This document shows, one piece after another, positions 1 through 8,666 of a stretch of DNA of 29,085 nt (the first letter of the stretch is position 1; each line of letters starts with the position of its first letter). The translations under genes were made by a program, and so were the position numbers. This DNA is from a virus. Taxonomy: Duplodnaviria > Caudoviricetes. The notes under the pieces are model-generated. The model saw only the letters and a list, made by a program, of their open reading frames with translations. It was not told where the DNA came from and did no database searches. The stretch lies in IMG/VR virus record IMGVR_UViG_3300032068_000006, positions 1 to 29,085 of that record. One strand, 5' to 3'.

Positions 1-55
1 ACGGCGGCCTTGCGCTCATGTTTCGCCGGCCAGGGGAACATTTTGCTCAGCCAAT

Positions 56-313
56 TCACGGGCCTGCCTTCTCGCGGCCGGCGTCGCGGCCGTACTGGAG
101 GGCGGCGAGGATGTCACGTGTCGCGGATGCGGCGGTGACACTGGCCCGGGACGCCTCGCGTTCTTGCGCCAGTGCGGCTTTGAGTTCGGCGATCTCGGTT
201 TTCAGGTCGGTGATCACGGATCTCGGGTAGATGACTCCCAGTATGAACAAGATACAGAACACGCCCGCGACGCCACCGCCGGTGACGAGCGGGGTGATAA
301 GTGAACTGTCCAA
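56..313 (-). CDS. Membrane protein of the lysis cassette (N-terminal TM helix plus coiled coil; possible second holin or lysis accessory)
   Basis: 85 aa, TTG start. Hydrophobic GGGVAGVFCILFILGVIYP followed by heptad-like ITDLKTEIAELKAALAQERE. Lies directly after the holin-like gene. Confidence 0.65.
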   Translation of the reverse strand: MDSSLITPLVTGGGVAGVFCILFILGVIYPRSVITDLKTEIAELKAALAQEREASRASVTAASATRDILAALQYGRDAGREKAGP

Positions 314-341
314 CTCCTGCCCCCGCTCCCGCTTGCCGTGG

Positions 342-569
342 TTACGCGGGCGGTGCGGGTGTGATGGTCACGTTCGACGGCACCGGTGCCGGGGCTGGCG
401 GCGTAGGGGCCGGTGCGTTGGGCACTGCAAAGACGCCGAGCGCGGCGGCGGCGCCGAGGACAACCGGCAGCCACGTGGTATCCGAGGCGCCGTACTTCCA
501 CTGCAGGTACACCACGACGTTCCCCACGATGGCGGTGAGGAACTTCGCGTACTGCGCGGGCAGTTTCAT
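342..569 (-). CDS. Putative holin (2 TM helices, Pro-rich tail)
   Basis: Start trimmed to ATG 569 (GGAGAATCC-ATG RBS; ATGA overlap with the upstream ORF). MKLPAQYAKFLTAIVGNVVVYLQW...WLPVVLGAAAALGVFAVPN gives two hydrophobic segments. Downstream of the endolysin. Confidence 0.7.
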   Translation of the reverse strand: MKLPAQYAKFLTAIVGNVVVYLQWKYGASDTTWLPVVLGAAAALGVFAVPNAPAPTPPAPAPVPSNVTITPAPPA

Positions 570-820
570 GGATTCTCCAGGCGATGAGAAGATCCTCGCG
601 TACAACCGGCCCTGGCTGACACTTCGGCCAGTAGTGACAGCCATACATCCCGCGGGCTCTCCGGCCGCGCCCAGGTATCCCCGTAGAGAGCAATGTGCAG
701 TTGCTGGGTCATGTTCTGCGCGGCGTCTGCCATTTCGCTTACGGGATGACGGCGGTGCAATTCCTTAAGCTCCTCGTCCAGAACGCGGATCTTCTCTGGA
801 AGGGCGCCCAGCCCGCTCAC
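566..820 (-). CDS. Hypothetical protein (84 aa) between endolysin and holin
   Basis: 3' part of track ORF 566..1420. GTG at 820 overlaps the endolysin stop (GTGA) and its TGA overlaps the holin ATG (ATGA). Sequence VSGLGALPEKIRVLDEELKELHRRHP...DVWLSLLAEV looks helical. Confidence 0.6.
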   Translation of the reverse strand: MSGLGALPEKIRVLDEELKELHRRHPVSEMADAAQNMTQQLHIALYGDTWARPESPRDVWLSLLAEVSARAGCTRGSSHRLENP

Positions 821-1521
821 GGGTGGATGCTTTGCCAGGTGCGCCCCGCCGGGGGCACGCAGTCCTTCAGCAGCTGGTCGGCCAGGTCCGCGCCGAGCTT
901 CCGCTGCAGCACGGCCCAGCCGGAGGGGGTCATGCCCCGCGCGGCGGCGATGTCCCCGATGGTGGCCTTCCCGTCCGTGGTGTGCTGGTGCAGCCCGGCA
1001 ACGCTGACGTCGGAGAGCCACCCGGCGGAGAACACGTCGGAGTCGAAGAACGCGCCGCTGGCGTACTGGACGGCGACAATGGGGAACGGCCCGGCGGCGT
1101 GCTGCACGTCGGCGACGGCCTGCGCGTCGGACAGGTTCCAGTTCGCCACCCACAGGCTCACGCCGGACTTGATGCCGTGGCCGATGAGCGTGTTCACCAA
1201 GGGAGTCACATTCGACGCGCTGGTGTAGACGGCGGGCTCCCGCTGCCCGGGCCGCGCGGCGGCTTTGAACGCGGCCTGCGCGCGGGGTGCCCACATGGCG
1301 GCGTCGACGTTGGTGGCGGCGCCGGACTCGACGTCGAGGACGTCGGCGGCGTGGTCGGAGCCGGAGTCCTGGCAGATGCGGACGGCGCCCTTGTGCGCGG
1401 CCCAGTCGGCGGCGACCCACCGGATGTCCGCGGAGCCGGTGGTGTACCCGGCGGCCTGCGCGCCGCGGGGCAGGTGGCCGATGTTGGCGTGGATGGCGTC
1501 GAACCCTGCGACTACAGCCAT
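817..1521 (-). CDS. Endolysin, GH25-like muramidase fold with short C-terminal putative cell-wall-binding region
   Basis: True start ATG 1521 with GGAGAATCC RBS (3' part of track ORF 817..4161). Motifs VLDVESG, PAVYTS, LWVANW, VQY and DSDVF follow GH25-type barrel order. C-terminal TIGDIAAARGMT is LysM-reminiscent. Upstream of the holin. Confidence 0.75.
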   Translation of the reverse strand: MAVVAGFDAIHANIGHLPRGAQAAGYTTGSADIRWVAADWAAHKGAVRICQDSGSDHAADVLDVESGAATNVDAAMWAPRAQAAFKAAARPGQREPAVYTSASNVTPLVNTLIGHGIKSGVSLWVANWNLSDAQAVADVQHAAGPFPIVAVQYASGAFFDSDVFSAGWLSDVSVAGLHQHTTDGKATIGDIAAARGMTPSGWAVLQRKLGADLADQLLKDCVPPAGRTWQSIHP

Positions 1522-1529
1522 GGATTCTC

Positions 1530-2033
1530 CTAACCGATGCGCTGGGCGCTGAGGATGGACCCGGCGGTGACGGTGGTGTTGGTGGCGTTGGAGGTGTTCT
1601 GCGCCCACGCGAACGCCAGTGTCCCGGCGCCGACGGTGGTCACGGATGCCTTGAGGAACAGCGGTTCCAGGTTGGCGGTGCCGTTGGTGCCCGCGTTGTC
1701 GGTGACGCCGAACGCGTTGGTGGCCGATAGGACGTTGGCGAATCCGACGATCCCCTCCCGGATGTCGATCCAGAACCCGGTGGCCCCGCCGGGCGCGTTG
1801 ATGGTGAATTTGATGTCGCTGTTGCCGGTGGTGGTGCCTTTGTACTGCACGAGGGCCTCGACGAGGTAGACGGCCCCGGCGGCGAGGGACAGTTGCAGGT
1901 CGGGGTCGTTGGTGACGGTGGTGGTGTTGTTCCGCTGCGTGTCGGACGGTTTGATGGCGGCGAGGGGCACCGTCCACGCGTTCATGTCTGCCGCGGAAAG
2001 GACATCTCCGACGTTCCAGGACTTGACGGGCAC
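1530..2033 (-). CDS. Putative minor tail or tail-tip protein
   Basis: 167 aa, GTG start with GGAG RBS. N-terminus WNVGDVLSAADMN is typical of actinophage tail fibre anchors; the rest is Thr/Asn beta-rich. Follows the large tail hub gene. Confidence 0.65.
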   Translation of the reverse strand: MPVKSWNVGDVLSAADMNAWTVPLAAIKPSDTQRNNTTTVTNDPDLQLSLAAGAVYLVEALVQYKGTTTGNSDIKFTINAPGGATGFWIDIREGIVGFANVLSATNAFGVTDNAGTNGTANLEPLFLKASVTTVGAGTLAFAWAQNTSNATNTTVTAGSILSAQRIG

Positions 2034-2045
2034 TCATTACTCCGC

Positions 2046-5000
2046 TCAATAAGCGGCCCGGTTGCCCGAGCTCAGTTTGCCTTTGGTGGTGTCGTCGAGG
2101 ATGAGGAACCCGGTGTACCGGGTGGCGTCGTCGAGGTCCCACTGGGTCTGCCACGTGAACGAGGAGTAGTCCACGGTGTGGGTGATGCCCTGGATGAACA
2201 TGTCCTTGGTGATGGTGGCCATCCCGGGCGGGGTGCGGATGATGGTGATCCGGTCGCCGATCTCCCGGCCGAGCACCTGCGGCCACAGGCGCGCGTCCCG
2301 CAGCGGGGTGACGGTGAGGGTGTCGAACCGGTCGGCCTCGTTGCGGGAGATCCACAGCACCCACTGCGCGTACGTGCGGGCTTCGGCGTCTGAGGTGAGC
2401 AGCACGTCGGATCTCGCGTAGGACCGGGGGAACAGGTATTTGGCGATGGAGGCGGCGTTCTGCGCTTCCTGCAGGGCGGATGACCCGGCGGCGGTGATCT
2501 GCACGTCGTTGGCGAGGGTGGTGTCGTCGTCGTTGCGGGACACCCCGGAGTAGGGGAGGTTGACGCCGTCGTCGCCGAACGTGGCCTGGCTGGCAGTGGA
2601 CCGGGTGTCGGTGAGGAGTGCCTGCCGTTCCCGGAACGTCACGAACCCGGACCCGTCGATGTACAGTTCGCCGATCTCGGAGTCGGCGGTGAGCTGCAGC
2701 AGGTTCAGGGCGGTGTCGCCGAACGTGGTGGCCTGCATTTCGGAGTCGCCGTCGCTGATGTTGCGGTGGTCGGTGTACCATCCGGCGGCGGTGAGGATGC
2801 GGCCGATCCGGTTGCCGGAGGGCTCGGCGTTGCCGGACGGCGTCCCCTGCGCGGGGATGGTGATGCCGGCGAGGATCTTGAACCCGTCGGTCGCGGACGC
2901 GGTGGTTTCGGAATACTGGGGGCCGTAGTTGACGTCGGCGACGGACCAGGTGTCGATGAACCCCTGGAAGAGGTGGTATTCCACGCCGAGCCACACCGCG
3001 CGGAGCCGCACCGGCACCATCGGCCGGATGGAGCTGGTGGACCCGTTGACGTAGGGGCCGGCCAGGTTGTCGGGGTTGAACCGGCCGTCGGAATCGACGA
3101 GGACCACGGACGCGGTGCCGGCCTGGTAGGTGCGCAGGGGGCCCTGGACGCGGGTGGAGACACGGCTGATGGTCCCGGACTTGACGTAGGCGGTGATGTC
3201 GGTCCACGCGGTGGAGTCGCCGAGGGCGTTCGCGCCGAGCTGCCCGAAGACGGGGTCGTCGAGGAGCAGCGTCCCGGGCTGCGCGACCGGGGCGGCGGCG
3301 TAGAACCCGGCTTCGACGCGGATCTGCGGGAACCCGGGCGGCAGTACCGGCGGGCCGCCGCTGCCGGTGGCCCCGGCGGACAGGGTGAGCTGCAGCGCGG
3401 CGGTGGCGACGTTGGACGCGGAGTCGTTCAGCTGCACGGTGAACCCGTACGCGCCGGGGACGTCCCCCGACGTGCCGGACAGCACCCCGCCGGCGGACAG
3501 GGTGATCCCGGCGGGGAGGGTGCCGGTGAGCAGCGACCAGGTGAACGGCCCGGTGCCGCCCTGCTCGGTGAGGGTCGCGGTGTAGGCGGCACCGACGGAC
3601 GCGGCGGACAGGGTGGTGGTGGTGACCGACATCGCCGGGACGACGATCGACAGGCTGCCGGAGTTGCCGATGGTGGACCCGGAGTCCGTCGCCTTCACCG
3701 TGAACGTGTACGTCCCCGCCACGGTCGGCGTCCCCGAGATCACGCCGCCCGAGGACAGCGACAGCCCGGTCGGCAGGCTGCCGGTCAGGGTTGCCCACGT
3801 GTACGGCGCCGCGCCGCCGGTCGCGGTCAGCGCCTGGTTGTACGGGGAACCCAGGATGGCGTTCGGCAGGGTGGTGGTGGTGACGGTGACGGTGGTCCCG
3901 GCGGCCTGCGGCGCCAGCGCGTCGACGAGCGCGGCGAGTTCCGCCTGGATGCCGGACTGATCCTCGCCGTTGACCCCGGGGGTGTGAATCCAGTTGGGGC
4001 CGTTCGGGTTGTTCTCGAACCAGATGACGGGCGCGTTCTGCTTCCCGGCGGCGAGCCGCGCGGCGAATACGTCCCGCACGTGCCCCGTCGAGCCGCCGGT
4101 GTGCGACCACGCCACCACGCTGGACCAGGCGGGAAAGCTGTTGCCGCCGGCGCGGCCCCATTCCCCGATGCCCAGCGGGATCGGCGCGTTCGTGGCTGCG
4201 CTGTTGTCAGGGTTGCGGATGCCGTCGCACACGTCCTGCAGCGCGGGCGCGACGTTGCCGGTTCCCGGGTCGTTGCCGGGGGAAGCGTCGAGGTAGACCT
4301 GCTTGCCGTTGGAGTCGGAGTAGTAGAAGTCCGCCATCACCCCCGACACGGTCCCCGCCGGCGGATGCCACGACGAGCACGACGGCGCCGACGCGTACGA
4401 CGGCTTGGTGTAAATAGGAATGCCGTGCGCGGCGTACGTGGGCTGCCAGTGCGCCCAGTACGCCAGCCAGTTCGACTGCGCCGCCCTGGCCGCCGCGGCG
4501 CCGGTGCCGACATTCCCGTACGGGTCGCTGCCGCTGGTGTCGTTGCCGAACGGCCCGTTGCCGCCGCCGAGGTTGTACTCATTGTAGGAGGTGCAGATGA
4601 ACCCGTTGATGGTCCCGGACTGCTTCATCAAGGTCAGGTCGGAATCCACCGCGGCCTGCTCGTTCGCCACTGACACGAACCCGGACAGCCCGGTGCGGCG
4701 CGGTTTCATCGCCCAGCACATCTGAATGCCCGCGTTGTACAGGTTCAGCTGGTCCGTCGTCGGCCCCGACGTGAGGTGCGCCCCCTCCTGCTGGTAGGAC
4801 ACCTGCACGGAGGTGAAGAACGGGCGGCCGATGAACGTGTCGCCCTCCATCGCCGACCCGACTTTGGTGGCGGGGAGCCCGAACGACGCCTGGTCGGTGT
4901 AGGACCCGGCGGAGCATGACCCGCCGGCCCTGGAGCGGACGGAGGCGGCTTCGCGGAACACCACCAGGGCGTTTTCCCAGCTGATCTGGTTCGTGGACGT

Positions 5001-5642
5001 GGAAGTGACCGCGGTGGCGGACACGGGCCCGGCGGCGGCGGTGGCCTGCCAGCAGGACAGCCAGTGCATGCCCAGCGTCTGGGTGGACGTGGTGCGGCCC
5101 AGCGTCCAGCCGCCCGGGGTGGTCCAGGTGACCGCGGTGCCGGTCGAGCCGAAGTTGTCGCCGAACATGGCGATGGCCAGTTCCGCGGCGGCCACCGGGT
5201 TGGCCATGGCCGCGGGGAAGCTGGTCGCCCCGGCGGTCACCGACACGGTGATCCCGGGGAACAGTTCCATCACCTGGTAGGCGGAGGTGGTGGAGAACTC
5301 CATCAGGTGACCGCGGGCGCCGTCGGCCGTCGGGATCGTCCACGTCGTGTTCGTGATGCCGCCAGGGTTCTTCCGGTAGCACCAGATCTCCACCTGCTGC
5401 CCGGCGGCGCCGGTGACGTTCGACGGCGCGGTGCAGCACCACTCCCAGCCCGGGGAGGTGTTCGGGTTCGCCCCGTTGACCACGGAGATCTTCATCGGCG
5501 TGCCGGCCTGCCCGGTGACGATGCACGCGATCAGCAGCGTCCCCGCCGTCGACGCCACCGGGAGGGTCAGGGTCAGGGTGGTCACGCCGCCGGACACACC
5601 GGCGGTGATCGCGGACCCGTTCTGCACCTGCGTGAACGTCAT
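2046..5642 (-). CDS. Large multidomain minor tail protein: beta-rich N-domain, clan GH-A-like hydrolase, two Ig-like repeats, tail hub domain
   Basis: Start trimmed to ATG 5642 (TGATG overlap with TMP stop), 1198 aa. GH-like motifs SYNEYN, ADFYY, PLGIGEWG, VIWFE. Two Ig-like repeats (TTTTLP..YNQALTATGGAAPYTW..GSLPTGLSLSSGGVISGTP). C-terminal region with LFQGFIDTW, RIGRIL, GELYIDGSGFVTFRER, EIGDRITI resembles siphophage hub proteins. Confidence 0.8.
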   Translation of the reverse strand: MTFTQVQNGSAITAGVSGGVTTLTLTLPVASTAGTLLIACIVTGQAGTPMKISVVNGANPNTSPGWEWCCTAPSNVTGAAGQQVEIWCYRKNPGGITNTTWTIPTADGARGHLMEFSTTSAYQVMELFPGITVSVTAGATSFPAAMANPVAAAELAIAMFGDNFGSTGTAVTWTTPGGWTLGRTTSTQTLGMHWLSCWQATAAAGPVSATAVTSTSTNQISWENALVVFREAASVRSRAGGSCSAGSYTDQASFGLPATKVGSAMEGDTFIGRPFFTSVQVSYQQEGAHLTSGPTTDQLNLYNAGIQMCWAMKPRRTGLSGFVSVANEQAAVDSDLTLMKQSGTINGFICTSYNEYNLGGGNGPFGNDTSGSDPYGNVGTGAAAARAAQSNWLAYWAHWQPTYAAHGIPIYTKPSYASAPSCSSWHPPAGTVSGVMADFYYSDSNGKQVYLDASPGNDPGTGNVAPALQDVCDGIRNPDNSAATNAPIPLGIGEWGRAGGNSFPAWSSVVAWSHTGGSTGHVRDVFAARLAAGKQNAPVIWFENNPNGPNWIHTPGVNGEDQSGIQAELAALVDALAPQAAGTTVTVTTTTLPNAILGSPYNQALTATGGAAPYTWATLTGSLPTGLSLSSGGVISGTPTVAGTYTFTVKATDSGSTIGNSGSLSIVVPAMSVTTTTLSAASVGAAYTATLTEQGGTGPFTWSLLTGTLPAGITLSAGGVLSGTSGDVPGAYGFTVQLNDSASNVATAALQLTLSAGATGSGGPPVLPPGFPQIRVEAGFYAAAPVAQPGTLLLDDPVFGQLGANALGDSTAWTDITAYVKSGTISRVSTRVQGPLRTYQAGTASVVLVDSDGRFNPDNLAGPYVNGSTSSIRPMVPVRLRAVWLGVEYHLFQGFIDTWSVADVNYGPQYSETTASATDGFKILAGITIPAQGTPSGNAEPSGNRIGRILTAAGWYTDHRNISDGDSEMQATTFGDTALNLLQLTADSEIGELYIDGSGFVTFRERQALLTDTRSTASQATFGDDGVNLPYSGVSRNDDDTTLANDVQITAAGSSALQEAQNAASIAKYLFPRSYARSDVLLTSDAEARTYAQWVLWISRNEADRFDTLTVTPLRDARLWPQVLGREIGDRITIIRTPPGMATITKDMFIQGITHTVDYSSFTWQTQWDLDDATRYTGFLILDDTTKGKLSSGNRAAY

Positions 5643-8221
5643 CAGCCGGGCCCGAGGATCGACGACCGCAGCCGCACCCCGTTGCGCGCGCCGACGTTCA
5701 GGATTTTCACGATCTCCTGCGCGGCGGCGACCGGGTGGGTGCCGTGCCCCACCTGCACGGTCAGGTACACGGTGGTGCCCCCGGCGCCCCTGGTGCCGCG
5801 GGCGGGGGTGACTAGTTCGGGGCGCCCGGTGCCGTTGTAGGCGAGGTTCCACCCGGGCTGCAGGTAACCGCCGTGGTCGTACCAGCCGCGGGTCAGCTCC
5901 GAGTTCCACGCCCCGGCTGGCGACCCGTACCGGGAGGCGATGTAGGCCATCATCCACCGCAGCTGGGTGAACCCGTCGGTGCGCCAGTCCGCGCCGGCGC
6001 TGGCCATTTTGCTGCCGGGCAGCGCCTGCGGTATCCCGTACGCTCCCGATGTGGGGTTCTGGGCGTAGACGTTCCATCCGGATTCCCGCATGACCACGTC
6101 GTTGAACGCGGCCCACTGGCTGCCCCACCCGTATGCGCGGAGCAGGTACCGGGCATACTGCTGCAACGGCCCGTTCGGGGCGATGCCGAACCCCGGCGGC
6201 GTGGAACCGCCGGCGATCGGCACCGTGTACTGGGATTGCACCGCGCGGACGATGCGGCCGACGAAACCCCCGAGAGTGGCGGCCATCTCCCTTATCGACG
6301 GGGTGGACAGGTGCACGGTCACCCCTGGCGTGCCGGCGGCGTACCCGCGGAGGGCGTGGTTAGGGATGACAACCTCGCCGCCGCGCATGGACACCAGTTC
6401 CGGGCCTTTTTCACCGACTACGGCCCACCCGGGGGCGGCGCCAGGCGTCCCGGCGGCGTGGCCGGGGACCTGGCCGCCGGGGCCGCGGAGGTTCGGCGAC
6501 GCCCCCGGCGGCAGGGTGACCCGGAAGTCGATCGGGTACGACTTGTGGGTCAGGGCGTGCAGTTTGGCCTGCGTGCTGGCGACGAACGCGCCGATTTTCT
6601 GGTCGGCCGCCTTCAGTTTCGGCCCGATGCCGGGCACCCACCCGAACGCGTCCGCCGCGATGTGCACGACATTTTTCGCCCACCCGGCGAACAGGATCTC
6701 CACCCGGAGCGCCCACGCCTGGACGAATTTTGACACCGAGTTGAACGCGGCTTCCACGTTGTGGCCGAACCGGATCATCTTGCCGATGGTGTCCTGGAAG
6801 ATGACGTCCCAAATGTGCGCCCACCCGTGCCGCCACTGGTCCCAGTGCTGCATGATCCAGTCGCCGAGCGCCGCCATCCAGTGGCGTATCCGGTCGAACC
6901 AGGCGGCGGTGTTGTGCGCGACCACCGGAATGTGCGCGGCGTAGAAATCGATCACTTTGCCGAGGATTATGAGGAGGCCGGCGGTGGCTTTGGCCAGCAG
7001 GACGAACGCCTGCGCGCTGGTTTTCATCCCCTGCGGGCCGAGGGCCTTCAGGAACCCGGCGAGGCCCTGGACCAGGGCAATCAGCCCCTTGCTGATCGTC
7101 GGCAGCAGCGGCTGGAATTCCTGCAGCAGGTGGGTGAACACCGGCAGCAAGATTTTAGTGGCCTGTTCGAGGAACCCCACGAACGTCCGGATGTAGGGGA
7201 CGCTGGCGCGGAAAATGTCCCCCAGCGACGGGCCGATGGACTTGATGAACGCGGCGATCTGCCGGAAAATCCCGGTCAGGCTCGTCAGGAACGACGGTGC
7301 CCCCGTCCCGGGGATGGGGCGCCCGCTGGGGCCAATGGCGGCAGGGCCGGGCCGGGTCAGCGCGCCGGAGAACACGGCGGTGAGGGTCCCGGTCAGTCCA
7401 TGGAACGCGCCAGCGACGCCCAGCGGGCCCGCATTCGCCTGCCGGAACGCGGCGATCTGATCCCGGATCTGCTCCCGCTGCTTGCCGGTGGCACCCTTCA
7501 GCGCCGTTTGCAGCGCCCGCAATTGCGTCTGAGCCGACTGCCCCAGCGCCACGCCACCGAACGCGGCACCGCCACCGATGAGGGTGCCGAGGCCCAGCGG
7601 GATGGCCCCCGGGGCGAGCAGGGCGCCCAGCAAGGCGCCGAGGCCGATCCCAACTCCTGCCCCCGCCGGGCCGAGTGCCGCCAGTAGCCCGCCGCCGCCC
7701 TGAGCCGTCGCACCGCCGGCGCCTGCAGCACCGCTGGCCAGGCTGAGCCCGCCACCGCCTCCGAACAGGCCGAGCAGGCCACCGGCCGCGCGGGAGAACA
7801 GGCCGCGCCGCTGCGTCATCCGCGACAGTTGCGTGTCCAGCCGCAGCAACTGGGCTTGTGCCCGGTCCACGCCCTCCAATGTCACCCGCGGGGTGGCGAC
7901 CATGCGGCCGAGCCGGTCCAGTTGCAAGCGCATCGACGCCACCGACGCCAGGGCGGCCTTGTCCTGCGGGTCGATTTTCGGCGCTGCAACTTTCTTGCCG
8001 AGCTCGTCGAGTTTCGCCTTCACCTCATCCAGGTGGGCGACGGCGGCTTTGTCGTTCAGGTCCACGACGGGGGTGGCACGTGCCCTGTTCAGCTCATAGA
8101 GCTGCCGGGTCAGGCTGCCGACATCCCCCGATGCGTCCTTTGCCGCCCGGCCGGCTTTCAGCAGCCCCGGGGTGAGAGAGTCGCGGCCGAGGAGCAGGTC
8201 AGCCCTGATCTCTTCAGCCAC
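5642..8221 (-). CDS. Tape measure protein with C-terminal lytic transglycosylase-like domain
   Basis: 859 aa, Ala/Gly/Leu-rich helical protein with Trp/Phe periodicity, following the tail assembly chaperone. C-terminal MRESGWNVYAQNPTSGAYGIPQALPGSKM...YIASRYGSP...GWY is a lysozyme-like transglycosylase motif set; VVGEKGPELV is a typical TMP C-terminal motif. Confidence 0.9.
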   Translation of the reverse strand: MAEEIRADLLLGRDSLTPGLLKAGRAAKDASGDVGSLTRQLYELNRARATPVVDLNDKAAVAHLDEVKAKLDELGKKVAAPKIDPQDKAALASVASMRLQLDRLGRMVATPRVTLEGVDRAQAQLLRLDTQLSRMTQRRGLFSRAAGGLLGLFGGGGGLSLASGAAGAGGATAQGGGGLLAALGPAGAGVGIGLGALLGALLAPGAIPLGLGTLIGGGAAFGGVALGQSAQTQLRALQTALKGATGKQREQIRDQIAAFRQANAGPLGVAGAFHGLTGTLTAVFSGALTRPGPAAIGPSGRPIPGTGAPSFLTSLTGIFRQIAAFIKSIGPSLGDIFRASVPYIRTFVGFLEQATKILLPVFTHLLQEFQPLLPTISKGLIALVQGLAGFLKALGPQGMKTSAQAFVLLAKATAGLLIILGKVIDFYAAHIPVVAHNTAAWFDRIRHWMAALGDWIMQHWDQWRHGWAHIWDVIFQDTIGKMIRFGHNVEAAFNSVSKFVQAWALRVEILFAGWAKNVVHIAADAFGWVPGIGPKLKAADQKIGAFVASTQAKLHALTHKSYPIDFRVTLPPGASPNLRGPGGQVPGHAAGTPGAAPGWAVVGEKGPELVSMRGGEVVIPNHALRGYAAGTPGVTVHLSTPSIREMAATLGGFVGRIVRAVQSQYTVPIAGGSTPPGFGIAPNGPLQQYARYLLRAYGWGSQWAAFNDVVMRESGWNVYAQNPTSGAYGIPQALPGSKMASAGADWRTDGFTQLRWMMAYIASRYGSPAGAWNSELTRGWYDHGGYLQPGWNLAYNGTGRPELVTPARGTRGAGGTTVYLTVQVGHGTHPVAAAQEIVKILNVGARNGVRLRSSILGPG

Positions 8222-8381
8222 GGTCCCTCAGCTTCTCTTCCAGGTAGTCAACGAGAGCCTCAAAGTCGGCCTGCTCAAGCAGCCCTATTTCCCACGGGCG
8301 GATGTGGAGGACTTCCGCGAAGACGCCGAGGTACCGGTGCCGGTCGTAGGTGAACGCCCCGGCGGGGGCGTCGTAGGGCCC
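8214..8381 (-). CDS. -1 frameshift extension of the tail assembly chaperone (gpGT-like C-terminal part)
   Basis: The -1 frame is open from G GGC CCT (8381-8375) to TGA 8216-8214 and reads YDAPAGAFTYDRHRYLGVFAEVLHIRPWEIGLLEQADFEALVDYLEEKLRDRG. It fills the gap up to the TMP start. Confidence 0.7.
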   Translation of the reverse strand, partial: GPYDAPAGAFTYDRHRYLGVFAEVLHIRPWEIGLLEQADFEALVDYLEEKLRDRG

Positions 8382-8656
8382 GCGCCGTCCTCGCTGGTGT
8401 CATCCTCAATGCCCAGCCCGTCGAGGTCCACGTCCACGCCGCCGGACAGGATGTCCTCCAGCGGCACGTCGCGGCCGTTGCGCCGCCACACCAGCCAGAT
8501 GAACCCCGCCAGGGCCCGCGCCGATCCGGCGGCCAAGTCGGTTTCGTAGTCCACGTACCGGCATTTCAGCCCGGCCTCAATCGCCAGGGCCTCCGACAGT
8601 GGCTTACGGGCAGGGTCCCAGCTGAACACCTCACCGTTGATGGTCACTTTCGCCAC
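8285..8656 (-). CDS. Tail assembly chaperone (gpG-like)
   Basis: 123 aa, GTG start with GGAGG RBS, immediately upstream of the TMP, with an overlapping -1 frame extension. Confidence 0.75.
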   Translation of the reverse strand: MAKVTINGEVFSWDPARKPLSEALAIEAGLKCRYVDYETDLAAGSARALAGFIWLVWRRNGRDVPLEDILSGGVDVDLDGLGIEDDTSEDGAGPTTPPPGRSPTTGTGTSASSRKSSTSARGK

Positions 8657-8666
8657 GCGCTGCCTC

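Noticed and set aside
817-855. Endolysin C-terminus PAGRTWQSIHP resembling the PGRTW motif of the 1115-aa protein
   Set aside because: The match is short and lacks the conserved Phe and QQ; likely chance.
817-4161. 1114-aa track ORF and other long alternative-frame or antisense ORFs (e.g. 2766..4673, 11307..13796, 13760..15625, 26407..27924)
   Set aside because: These are Arg/Gly/Pro-rich shadow frames expected in high-GC DNA and they overlap well-supported genes. Only the last 234 codons of 817..4161 (the endolysin) look real.
8287-8293. GGGAAAT as the chaperone slippery site
   Set aside because: It resembles the lambda-type heptamer but is phased GGG AAA T, not X XXY YYZ, and the protein-like -1 frame begins well upstream. 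Kept only as an alternative.
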